From the NCBI GenBank assembly GCA_018062305.1, contig JAGOSK010000003.1:1-62615 (forward strand): a stretch of 62,615 nt of DNA, written 5' to 3'. The DNA is from Minisyncoccota bacterium. GTDB taxonomy: Bacteria > Patescibacteriota > Minisyncoccia > Phycocordibacterales > CAIZLB01. Below are positions 1 through 9,318 of this stretch, one piece after another; position 1 is the first letter of the stretch, and every line of letters starts with the position of its first letter. Both the position numbers and the translations under genes were made by a program. Below the pieces are notes generated by a model. It did no database searches. It saw only the letters and a program-made list of their open reading frames with translations, and was not told the DNA's origin.

Positions 1-1623
1 ACTCCACGTGGATTCACTGTGTACATAAACACTACAAACTTTGGATCATAGGCTGGGAGATACCCTACAAACGAGTGAAGATATCGATCATCAGAATACC
101 CACCCTTCACGGCGATCTGCGCTGTACCAGTCTTTGCTGCCACACTGTATCGAGGATTTTTGGCTTTACCTTCTAGAAGTGAATTATCTACGTTATACAC
201 CATCATATCAGTCACCTCTTTTGATGTAGTTTCTTTTATAACTCGCACATTAGCGCTTGCATCACTGTCCCCTTTTTTATCTTTTGAAATTCCAACTCGA
301 TAGTCTATTTGTTTTACTACATGTGGTGTTACGAGTGTCCCTCCATTTGCGATAGCAGAAAATGCACGCACTACTTGCACCGGAGACAATGCAATACCCT
401 GACCGAATGATGCAGTGATATGTTCGATATCTCGTGGACTGTTCAAATTGTCGACAAGCCCTGCTCCCTCATTTGGCAAATCAATACCTGTCTTTGTCCC
501 AAATCCAAAATTCTTAAAATATTCAGTGAATGCTTTGTTTCCAGTTCTCTGCACTACATACGCAAAACCAGTGTTCAACGATTTTGAAAGCGCATACTGG
601 AGCGTAATAACTCCACGTCGTCCTTTTTTATCAAAGTTATAAATAGTTCGTCCATCAGAAGTAACTGAACCAGTGTCATTGTACGTAGTAGTTGCATGAA
701 CCTTACCAAGGTCAATTCCCACGGCCATGGTCAAAGGTTTTAAAATAGAACCCATTTCATTCACACTTTCCACCATATCATTTCGAAATACTTCAGGTCC
801 TGATGCTGCTTGGAAATTGTTGGGATCAAATGTTGGATACAGCGCCATAGAAACGATTTCACCCGTATTTGGATCCATTACTATTGCACCTGAACGTTCA
901 GAACTATACTGACCGCTGATTTTTTTGAGCATGTCCTCGACATAGGCTTGAGTTCTTGGTTCTATACTCGTCACCACATCACCTTGCAGTTCCCCACTTA
1001 CACCTTTTTTAATATTTGAAAAAAGCTCAGCAAAAAAGTTTACATACACATCATCGCTCTCACGTTTGAGATTATCCTCATATGAACGCTCAAGTCCATA
1101 CCGCCCACCAATTTCATTACCTTTGTAGCCCATGAAGCCGAGCACGTGTGCAGCAAGCTCTCCACCTGGGTAGTATCGCCATTTGTCTTTGTACAGACTC
1201 ACACCAGGGATTTTAAGAGCGGCAATTTTCTTGCCTTGCTCTTCATCAATTCTTTTAGCGATTTCCTCGTATGTGTCACCCACTTTATTTGCTTTAGCTG
1301 CGTATTCTTCATAGTTAAGTGTTGGCACTATTTCGAGCAGTTTGTTGTATGTCGTATCAATAGAAGCGTCTCTCTGGAGAGACTTTGGAATAATAGCTAA
1401 GATAAAGCCCGTTTTGAGAGTTGCAGCTGATATTTTGGTACCTGCCTTATCAGTGAAATATATTGTTCCACGATTGAATGCGTTCGCAGGTCGCTGATAT
1501 TGTCTATCTGCTCTATCTCGAAAATCTTCACTGTGAATTATTTGAACTGAATACAATTTTACAAGAAGTAAAATAGCAAAAAGAAAAACACATCCAGCAA
1601 TAATTCTAATTCGAGTCTTCATT
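1..1623 (-). CDS. ftsI: Penicillin-binding protein, peptidoglycan D,D-transpeptidase FtsI-like (C-terminus cut by window edge)
   Basis: Absent from the ORF track because it runs off the left edge. My translation from the ATG (revcomp of 1621-1623) gives MKTRIRIIAGCVFLFAILLLVKLYSVQIIH... with a TM anchor, SxxK (GSILKP), SxN (SLN) and KTGTA. It lies downstream of mraZ-rsmH-ftsL, as in dcw clusters. Confidence 0.85.
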
Positions 1624-1705
1624 ATGAAAAATAGTATAGCACGGCAGTTTGCTGAATCGAGCGGCGTTTAGTAATAAAAATCAACTCGAATGTATCGACG
1701 CTAAC

Positions 1706-2026
1706 CTATCGAATAGCAACAGTTTGACTAATTCGCTCTCGTGTTACAAAAGTCTTATCAACTGCAGATTGGAATCCGAGTTTCTGTGCACTTTCGAGCG
1801 TAATATCACCCACTGAATTTATATATTGAAATTCGCTTTCTGAGAGCTTTGAATTTAGCGCGACAATGTCTGACTGCAGAGTACTTCGTTGCACCACATT
1901 ACGCACAGTTTTTTGCACATTAAACATGTAGAAACCTGCTAACACAACGATGCCAACTAATAGTGACCAGAAAATCGTATCACTGAGTCTGTCTATTTTT
2001 CGTATTGTTTGTGTTGCGTGTTTCAT
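1706..2026 (-). CDS. Small bitopic membrane protein, FtsL-like by position
   Basis: 106 aa with one TM helix (IFWSLLVGIVVLAGFYMF). It sits between rsmH and ftsI, where ftsL normally lies. No diagnostic motif. Confidence 0.4.
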   Translation of the reverse strand: MKHATQTIRKIDRLSDTIFWSLLVGIVVLAGFYMFNVQKTVRNVVQRSTLQSDIVALNSKLSESEFQYINSVGDITLESAQKLGFQSAVDKTFVTRERISQTVAIR

Positions 2027-2049
2027 CTTGTCTTGTGCTAATGTGCGAT

Positions 2050-3165
2050 TTATAATTTTTCGACTATCCGTAACTTTGAACTTCTTGACCTTGGGTTTTC
2101 CTTTATTTCAGCTTCGCTTGGAGTAATCGGTTTTTTGCTTATTATCCTGATTTCCGCTTCCTGAGCTGGTTTAAATCCCCCATAAATCAAATCTTCTTCG
2201 CCACGTTCTTCCCCTGATTTTTCCTTAAAAAATTGTTTAACTATTCGGTCCTCTAAGCTGTGAAAGCTGATGACTAGTAGTCTTCCCCCTGGCTTCAGGA
2301 CTTCGAGCGCTTGTGGTAATGCGTCTTGGAGAGCTCGTAACTCATCGTTGACTGCGATACGCAATGCCTGAAATGTTCTCGTCGCTGGGTTTGTCTTTCC
2401 AAATCGAGCAAATGCTGGATAAGCCTTTTTGATAATTTCAGCAAGTTCGGTAGTTGTTTGAATTCCACCTATTCCCATTGCAATATCTTCATTGGGCTTA
2501 TTTTTATCTCGCGATTCGTACGCTATAGCTTTTTTACGAGCTTCACGTTCGTCGACGATGGCTTTTGCTATTCTTCTTGAATACTTATCTTCTCCGTACG
2601 CATAGATGATGTCGGCGATATTTTCTTCTTGCCATGTGTTTACAATGTCATATGCAGTAAACTCGTGGTCAATTTCGCCATCTTGTGCGCCGTTAGCTGA
2701 GTCGGTCACTGGCGCATTTCCAGTTGCTCGCTTTGACTTACCAAATGTCATAGACAATGGTTCATCTTTTTGGAAACTGAAGCCTCGTCCCGATTCATCT
2801 ATTTCGTATGAGCTAATTCCTAAGTCGAAAAGTATTGCATCTGCGATTGGCTCTACAGCGCCATCGACATTTGTCTTGAGCATCCCCTCTTTGGAAAGAG
2901 TTTCTTTTAGAGTTCTAAAATTTTTTCTAAAAAGTTTGAGTTTTGTGTTCGCACTGAATGCATTACTTGATGTGATGTTTTCAGTTGCTCGCTTAATTGC
3001 ATCTTGATCAAGGTCGAACCCTATTGCAGTTACATCACCGTCTAATGATTCAATAACTGCTTGAGTATGTCCTCCATCACCGAGATTACAATCGATATAC
3101 ACTCCACCTTTTGGAAGCTTTAGATTCTCTAATATTTCTTGTAAAAGAACTGGTTTGTGTCGCAT
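2050..3165 (-). CDS. rsmH: 16S rRNA (cytosine1402-N4)-methyltransferase RsmH
   Basis: MRHKPVLLQEILENL..., GDGGHT, FHSLEDRIVK. Follows mraZ. It is roughly 60 aa longer than usual because of internal insertions. Confidence 0.9.
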   Translation of the reverse strand: MRHKPVLLQEILENLKLPKGGVYIDCNLGDGGHTQAVIESLDGDVTAIGFDLDQDAIKRATENITSSNAFSANTKLKLFRKNFRTLKETLSKEGMLKTNVDGAVEPIADAILFDLGISSYEIDESGRGFSFQKDEPLSMTFGKSKRATGNAPVTDSANGAQDGEIDHEFTAYDIVNTWQEENIADIIYAYGEDKYSRRIAKAIVDEREARKKAIAYESRDKNKPNEDIAMGIGGIQTTTELAEIIKKAYPAFARFGKTNPATRTFQALRIAVNDELRALQDALPQALEVLKPGGRLLVISFHSLEDRIVKQFFKEKSGEERGEEDLIYGGFKPAQEAEIRIISKKPITPSEAEIKENPRSRSSKLRIVEKL

Positions 3166-3213
3166 ATGATTGATAGTCTGAGTTTTAGTTTTTCTGTTAG
3201 TTTGGAATTTGAC

Positions 3214-3654
3214 CTAGATCGCGCCAATTTCACCGAGCTTTTCAGCAAGCTGGTCTGCCTGCTTCAAGATTTTTGATGAGTAGTCTCTCCATCGAGTCTC
3301 CTCCCAGATTTCAACTCGACTATGAACACCTGCGAACACTACCTTGTTTTTGCTTTCGATTCCTGCGTACTCTCTTTGAAATTCAGGTAGAAGTATTCGT
3401 CCAATTGAATCAATCTCGATTTCTTGAGCTCCTCCAAGGAAGATACGATTGAAACCTCTACTATCTGCCTGTCCGATTGAAAGTCCGCCAAGTTTCTCAG
3501 AGATTTTTGACCATTCCTTGACTGTGTACATAAAAAGACAATTGTCGAGACCTCGGGTCACCACAACCTTTTTTCCCATTTCCTTTCGAAATTTCGAAGG
3601 GAGTGAAATTCTTTTTTTGTCGTCTTGGGTGTGGGTATATTCTCCTATTAGCAT
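3214..3654 (-). CDS. mraZ: Transcriptional regulator MraZ
   Basis: MraZ-like sequence starts at an internal Met (MLIGEYTHTQDDKKRISLPSKFR...; second half RILLPEFQREYAGI). The ATG at 3652-3654 was checked. The longer track ORF (to 3783) reads through leader DNA. Confidence 0.85.
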   Translation of the reverse strand: MLIGEYTHTQDDKKRISLPSKFRKEMGKKVVVTRGLDNCLFMYTVKEWSKISEKLGGLSIGQADSRGFNRIFLGGAQEIEIDSIGRILLPEFQREYAGIESKNKVVFAGVHSRVEIWEETRWRDYSSKILKQADQLAEKLGEIGAI

Positions 3655-4026
3655 GATTTTTTGTATGCGATTCTGCGAATTGGATCGCACGAGTCCTTTT
3701 GGTGCGATCAAATCGCGAACGCGATTTTGTATCAGAACCATAGTCACGTGGCAGCGGACTGATGGCTCTATAAAACAACTCACTGTCCCCGACTAGTTTT
3801 GGTAGTTTTTGCTTGGCTTTACTCGATTGGGTTTGCCCCGCAAATTCCACTTTCTTTTTATTTTTCTCACACAACACTTTTTGCTGAAGTTTTATGTGAG
3901 TTTTCTTGGTGAATTTCTCAAAATTTCCAAGATGCAATTTGAGTTTGCAAGACTATTCCCTAGGTAAATTCTATTTTTTTGCCTTTCACGGTCAGAATCT
4001 TGATTTGAAAGGCATTTTGTAGAATT

Positions 4027-4080
4027 TACCATTTCATCCCACTTACATACCATTTTATTCCACTTGATACTCTTTTGCAA
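4027..4080 (-). promoter_or_regulatory. Candidate Pmra promoter with MraZ-box-like tandem repeats
   Basis: On the minus strand: TTGCAA (4080-4075), a 17-nt spacer, then TAAAAT (4057-4052). Two tandem copies, AAGTGGAATAAAATGGTA and AAGTGGGATGAAATGGTA (4065-4048 and 4044-4027), give four RTGG boxes spaced 10-11 nt apart. Confidence 0.5.
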
Positions 4081-4137
4081 ACAAAAATACCCACGCTAGG
4101 TGGATAACTCTAGAACTTATTTTAAAAATTTAGCAAC

Positions 4138-4176
4138 AAAAAAACCCCAGAGTAGCTTCACACTCCCTGGGATTTT
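4138..4176 (-). terminator. Intrinsic terminator after the large surface-protein gene
   Basis: CCCAGAGT...ACTCCCTGGG hairpin, followed on the minus strand by a T-run (plus-strand A-run 4138-4144). Confidence 0.6.
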
Positions 4177-4183
4177 CCACTAC

Positions 4184-6922
4184 CTACCCTCTACACTTCT
4201 TGTCCACAATTTCCTTGATGGTCTTAAGGGATGTTGTATATACATATCCTGTTCCCTTTCTAAGACCCCATGGAGTAAGCACACTAGCTCTATGCTTCTC
4301 TTGCCATTTCACAATGATGTCTCTGTCTGATCGTTCATAGATACCATTTACAGGGATGTTGTATCCTTCGTATGTATTTAGGAATGTTTCAAGAAGTTGT
4401 ACATCTGATGAAAGGTTTGCTGAACCAAACTTTACAGGTCTCTTGAGGAAGAGTTCTGTGCCGCAGAGGTTTTTAGTTGTTGAAGCATTAGTATTACTTA
4501 CTATTGCTGGAACTGATGCTCCGAACACCTTACTTCGTGTTTGAGCATCAAGGATACCTGATGCTGGTATACCTACCGATCTCTGATATGCCCGTAGCGC
4601 ACTCTGTGTCTTTGTTCCAAAGTATGCACTTTCCTTACCTGGAGAACCTGCTCCTGTAGTTGATACTGTAAATCCTTGTGTATTAAGGAACTGTTGAAGT
4701 TGACGTACACCACTATGAGTAATACCTAGAGAAAGAGTTGGAGTAGGTGTTTGAGCAATTCCTACTGGTGTTTGAGAGAATGGTGCATTTCCTCCACCTC
4801 CACCTCCACCACTTGTTACTGTTGGTGTGCTAACCACTACAGTAAGAGCCTCTGTTGCAAATGTGAGGTTAGTTGATGTTGCGGCGTTACCAGAAGCGTC
4901 ATATACGGTAACAAGGAAATTGTATGTAGTAGCGGGTGTAAGTCCTGTGAGTGTAATACCATGTGTAGTTGTTGCTACAAGGATGGTTGAAGTTGCACCA
5001 TATGAAGTAGTGAGACCGTATGCAAGTGTTGAAGTTGCAGCTTCGTTTGTAGTCCATGAAATGGTTGCAGTGGTTTGAGTGGTAGATGAAGCGATTGAAG
5101 AGATGGTTGGAGGTGTTGTGTCTGCTGCTGCTACCGTTGCACTTGATGTAGCTCGTACAGATATGTTTCCTACTGCGTCTTTTGCAAAGATAGCATAGTA
5201 ATATATACCTGCAGCAAGTCCAGTATCATTATGTGATGTACCTGCTGTATTTGTAACTTGTGTTCCATCTGTGATTGATGTTGGGAGTGTTGTAGTACTT
5301 CTTCGTATTGTTGAAGATGCAAAGTCGGTTACTGGGTTAACCCATGCAAGAGCTATGGTACTAGTTCCTGTTGGTGTAGCAGTAAATGCTGTTGGAGCAG
5401 ATGGAGCAGTTGTATCAATGACTATGTTACTTGAAGCAGCTAAGTTTGTAGCTGGTGCAAAGTTTGACATTGCGTTAGATGCTTGATCTGCAATGGTTCC
5501 TGATATTGAGTTCACTGTAAGGTCTGCCGTAGTGTCTCCTGCTTGTACAGTGTATATACAAGTTCCTGTAGTAGCATTAGTAACTGTGAATGTACATGTT
5601 CTGTCTGTAGCACCTGTTTCAAGGGTTACAGTTACGTTACCTGTTGATGTAACTGCTTCATCAAATGTTACAGTGATGTTTATTGTTGATCCTACTCCAT
5701 ATGTACCGTTTGGTGTTGTTGAGGTAACTGAAGAGATGGTTGGAGCGGTGACATCACAAGAACCTGAAGTATCAGTTGAGGTTCCCGTATCGTTGAAAGT
5801 TCCACTGTTATTGAAGTGTGCGTAGTTGAAGGTTCCTGCGTTGTTGAAGGTTCCTCCTAAATTTAGATTAAAGAAAGCAAAACAGAGTACATTCAAAGTA
5901 CCACTATTGGTTACATTCAAAGTACCACTGTTTACATTCAAAGTACCACCGTCTACATTCAAAATACCACCACTGTTTACATTCAAAGTACCACTAGTGT
6001 CTACATTCAAAGTACCACTATTGGTTACATTCAAAGTACCACCACTGTTTACATTCAAAGTACCACTGGTTACATTCAAAGTACCACCAGTGTTTACATT
6101 CAAAATACCACCACTGTTTACATTCAAAATAGCACTATTGGTTACATTCAAAGTACCACTAGTGTTTACATTCAAAGTACCACTAGTGTCTACATTCAAA
6201 GTACCACTACTGTTTACATTCAAAATACCACCACTGTTTACATTCAAAATAGCACTATTGGTTACATTCAAAGTACCACTGTTTACATTCAAAATACCAC
6301 CACTGTTTACATTCAAAGTACCACTAGTGTCTACATTCAAAGTACCACTATTGGTTACATTCAAAGTACCACCACTGTTTACATTCAAAGTACCACTGGT
6401 TACATTCAAAGTACCACCAGTGTTTACATTCAAAATACCACCACTGTTTACATTCAAAATAGCACTATTGGTTACATTCAAAGTACCACTGTTTACATTC
6501 AAAGTACCACTGGTTACATTCAAAGTACCACCGTCTACATTCAAAGTACCACTAGTGTTTACATTCAAAGTACCACTAGTGTCTACATTCAAAGTACCAC
6601 TATTGGTTACATTCAAAGTACCACTAGTGTTTACATTCAAAGTACCACTGGTTACTTGCAACGTGTAGTCAACAGCAACGGTGCCAGTTTCAGTTACAGT
6701 AATTCCTGATTGTATAATACCCGTATCACCAGATGTTGGAAGAAATCCGTTTGTTCCACTTACAAAAAAGTCAGATGCATCCCACCATGAGTTAGAGTCA
6801 GAGAGAGTTCCTGAACCATCGTGGTAGTAGGTAGCAGCAGATACTGTGTTTGGGAGTAGTGATATAGTGAATAATAGGAAAACTGATGTTAGTAATAGTT
6901 TTTTAAATAAAGAATGTTTCAT
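4184..6922 (-). CDS. Large secreted repeat protein: signal peptide, ~33 SGTLNV-type repeats, Ig-like module, FN3-like modules, poly-Gly, two peptidoglycan-binding domains
   Basis: Likely start is MKHSLFKKLLLTSVFLLFTISLLPNTVSA (ATG 6920-6922). The C-terminus has PG_binding_1-like segments (GVRQLQQFLNTQGFTV...; SDVQLLETFLNTYEG...). Confidence 0.8.
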   Translation of the reverse strand: MKHSLFKKLLLTSVFLLFTISLLPNTVSAATYYHDGSGTLSDSNSWWDASDFFVSGTNGFLPTSGDTGIIQSGITVTETGTVAVDYTLQVTSGTLNVNTSGTLNVTNSGTLNVDTSGTLNVNTSGTLNVDGGTLNVTSGTLNVNSGTLNVTNSAILNVNSGGILNVNTGGTLNVTSGTLNVNSGGTLNVTNSGTLNVDTSGTLNVNSGGILNVNSGTLNVTNSAILNVNSGGILNVNSSGTLNVDTSGTLNVNTSGTLNVTNSAILNVNSGGILNVNTGGTLNVTSGTLNVNSGGTLNVTNSGTLNVDTSGTLNVNSGGILNVDGGTLNVNSGTLNVTNSGTLNVLCFAFFNLNLGGTFNNAGTFNYAHFNNSGTFNDTGTSTDTSGSCDVTAPTISSVTSTTPNGTYGVGSTINITVTFDEAVTSTGNVTVTLETGATDRTCTFTVTNATTGTCIYTVQAGDTTADLTVNSISGTIADQASNAMSNFAPATNLAASSNIVIDTTAPSAPTAFTATPTGTSTIALAWVNPVTDFASSTIRRSTTTLPTSITDGTQVTNTAGTSHNDTGLAAGIYYYAIFAKDAVGNISVRATSSATVAAADTTPPTISSIASSTTQTTATISWTTNEAATSTLAYGLTTSYGATSTILVATTTHGITLTGLTPATTYNFLVTVYDASGNAATSTNLTFATEALTVVVSTPTVTSGGGGGGGNAPFSQTPVGIAQTPTPTLSLGITHSGVRQLQQFLNTQGFTVSTTGAGSPGKESAYFGTKTQSALRAYQRSVGIPASGILDAQTRSKVFGASVPAIVSNTNASTTKNLCGTELFLKRPVKFGSANLSSDVQLLETFLNTYEGYNIPVNGIYERSDRDIIVKWQEKHRASVLTPWGLRKGTGYVYTTSLKTIKEIVDKKCRG
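5885..6655. repeat. Tandem 21-24-nt coding repeats (TTACATTCAAAGTACCAC...) with a higher-order duplication
   Basis: Read directly. The block 5961-6160 recurs identically at 6291-6490 (offset 330 nt). Confidence 0.95.
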
Positions 6923-7124
6923 ATATATGCACAATATATCATACATGGGAGATGTATGAAGTGTGACTTATCCACATTTGACTATTCAAAGTTGATTTGG
7001 AAGATTTAGGGATAGTATATTGGGCACACCCATACGAGCTGTTCCAACCAAAAGAGTACAACTTTTTATATAGTTGTACATACCCATCATAATTCGTAGT
7101 TATTCTCTATGGAAAAATTGATTG

Positions 7125-9215
7125 CTATTCCACCAACACAGTACCTTCACTCACCTCCTCCACGAGACTCTTCGGACCAAACACGAGTACACCAAGATAT
7201 TCGATATCATCGAACTTTTTCTCTTTGGTAGTTGCGACCACTTTATTATCATTTGTGGTTTCAATCATTTCACGAGTGAACTCTGCGATAGCAAGACCTT
7301 TTTCAACTGCTCGAGCAATAACATTTTTTACAGCATCATTTGAATCTATTTCCTTAATCATGATCGCATGTTGAATATTAAGCTTGATGTCTTTATCATC
7401 AGCAGTCTTTGCACTTTCATATTTAAAAAGTTTTTTTCCTGCAGTTCCTGCAAAAGATGCACTAAGATGCGCAACAGTATTCATTCTCTGCCAACCCACA
7501 AGATTTGCACCAGCATTGAGAACAATAACTGCTATCAGATTTTCTTTTTTCTTTGCATTTTTTCCGCTACCATTTATGCCGTCTGAGCCATTTGAACCAA
7601 CTGAATTAGCACTGCCATTTCCACCATCTTCAGGCTTCATCGTTGGGAAAAGAATAGCGTCTTTGATATTTCCAGTATTCATGAAAAGCATAGCAAGACG
7701 GTCAACACCAATACCGATACCACCGTTTGGTGGCATACCGTATTCCATTGCTTCGAGATAGTCTTGATCACTTGGTGAAATTTCTCCATCACCTTTTCGC
7801 TTCTTTCTATCTTGATCTTCATATCTCTCTTTTTGATCAACTGGATTATTGAGCTCTGAGAAGCAGTTTGTAACTTCGAGTCCTCCCATAACAAGCTGGA
7901 ATCGGTCGATAAGTGTTTTGTCATCCTCTCTTCTTTTTGCAAATGGATTAAATTCAACAGGATAGTTGATGAGGAATATTGGCTGGAAAAGTTTTGGTCG
8001 AACAGCTTTTTTGTAAATCTTGTCGATAATCTTTTCAAACTCGTCTGCTGGTTCAATATCAGCTCCATACTTGTGAGCTACCTCAACAAGCTCTTCTCGA
8101 GACTTTGAACGTACATCACTGATGCCTGCGTATTCTGCAATCACATCAAGATATTCACGAACGATAAATGGTTTACCTGTATCAATAGTTTGCCCTTCGT
8201 ACTCAAATGAATCAGTACCAAAAAGTTCTCGCACCAATGACTGTACAAGGTCTTGTATAAACTGTCTCTGAGATTTTGCGTCAGCATATGCCTCCTGAGA
8301 TTCGAGCATGGTGAACTCTGGGTTGTGAGTAGCATCAATTCCCTCATTTCGAAATCGTCGTCCTACTTCATACACTTTATTGAAACCACCTACTATAAGC
8401 TTCTTGAGGTACAGTTCTTGGGCGATAGTAAGATTGAAGTTAAGGTCGAGTGCATTGTGATGTGTTTCGAAAACAGCTGCTGTAGCGCCACCTGCGAGTG
8501 CCTGGAGGATTGGAAGCTCTACTTCGAGGTATCCATTAGAATCATAAAATCGTCGAACAGCTGTGAGAAGTTTTGAACGGAGTATGAAAGATTTTCGAAC
8601 ATCTTCGTTTGAGAGAACATCAAGATATCGTCTTCGATATCGCTCTTCAACATCTTGTAGTCCATGCCACTTTTCAGGAAGTGGTCGAAGTGACTTCGTA
8701 ATAATTCTCCAAGCAGAAACAACGAGACTCATTTCACCACGTGCAGTTTTGAGTAGTCGTCCTCGCACTTCCAAGAAGTCACCAATATCAGCAGTGTCTT
8801 TAAATAATTCAAAAGCATCTGCAACACCAGTGTGAGCAATAGTCTCTGTAATACCCGAAACCTTTTCTGTGTGAACACCATTTGCATCACTTTCACACCC
8901 ACCCTGCGCACTCATAGTATAGATTGGGTTTTGATCTTTCTTTACAATAGTTTGAAAAGTAGCAGTACCATCAAACAAGTCTGCGAATACCAAAGCACCT
9001 TGCCCACGCAAAGATAATATTCGTCCAACGATGCAGATTTCTTGATTTGTGTACTCAGCAGAACCTTCCTCTTTTACAAGAGCATCAAACTGTTCTCGTA
9101 GATCCTTGAGGTCAAAATCTTTTCGAACAGATACTGGATATAGTTCAATACCAAGAGACTCAAGTTTTTTGAGTTTTTCAAGTCGTACTGCTTTTATTTC
9201 TTCTTGTGATGCCAT
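7125..9215 (-). CDS. lysS: Lysine--tRNA ligase (class II) with a ~168-aa C-terminal extension
   Basis: RFRNEGID, GIGVDRLAMLF and ILFPTMKP motifs. 696 aa versus ~500 typical. The extra C-terminal domain follows a G/S/N-rich linker. Confidence 0.9.
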   Translation of the reverse strand: MASQEEIKAVRLEKLKKLESLGIELYPVSVRKDFDLKDLREQFDALVKEEGSAEYTNQEICIVGRILSLRGQGALVFADLFDGTATFQTIVKKDQNPIYTMSAQGGCESDANGVHTEKVSGITETIAHTGVADAFELFKDTADIGDFLEVRGRLLKTARGEMSLVVSAWRIITKSLRPLPEKWHGLQDVEERYRRRYLDVLSNEDVRKSFILRSKLLTAVRRFYDSNGYLEVELPILQALAGGATAAVFETHHNALDLNFNLTIAQELYLKKLIVGGFNKVYEVGRRFRNEGIDATHNPEFTMLESQEAYADAKSQRQFIQDLVQSLVRELFGTDSFEYEGQTIDTGKPFIVREYLDVIAEYAGISDVRSKSREELVEVAHKYGADIEPADEFEKIIDKIYKKAVRPKLFQPIFLINYPVEFNPFAKRREDDKTLIDRFQLVMGGLEVTNCFSELNNPVDQKERYEDQDRKKRKGDGEISPSDQDYLEAMEYGMPPNGGIGIGVDRLAMLFMNTGNIKDAILFPTMKPEDGGNGSANSVGSNGSDGINGSGKNAKKKENLIAVIVLNAGANLVGWQRMNTVAHLSASFAGTAGKKLFKYESAKTADDKDIKLNIQHAIMIKEIDSNDAVKNVIARAVEKGLAIAEFTREMIETTNDNKVVATTKEKKFDDIEYLGVLVFGPKSLVEEVSEGTVLVE

Positions 9216-9318
9216 GTGTTTTACTAAATATTTGCGGAAAAACTAAATATGGATAATTAGTGCAAATTATAACACCATATGCGAGATATGCGGAACTTTC
9301 CTAAGTTTTTCCTAAACC

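Noticed and set aside
3497-4080. Track ORFs 3497-3937 (-) and 3892-4080 (-) in the mraZ leader
   Set aside because: The first overlaps mraZ out of frame and is a lysine/arginine-rich read of AT-rich DNA. In the second, the KWNKMV/KWDEMV repeat merely translates the tandem RTGG-box repeats. Neither has a recognisable motif.
5826-6668. 280-aa plus-strand ORF (FKVPLL... repeats) opposite the surface-protein gene
   Set aside because: It is the mirror reading of the 21-24-nt tandem repeats. The minus-strand frame has a signal peptide and continues into recognisable Ig, FN3 and peptidoglycan-binding domains, while this one has no start context or domain.
7368-9246. Many antisense or alternate-frame track ORFs inside lysS (similarly inside mreB, PBP2, copA, res, the OLD-like gene and the recombinase)
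   Set aside because: All are shadow ORFs within long genes that carry clear family motifs. None has independent motif support.
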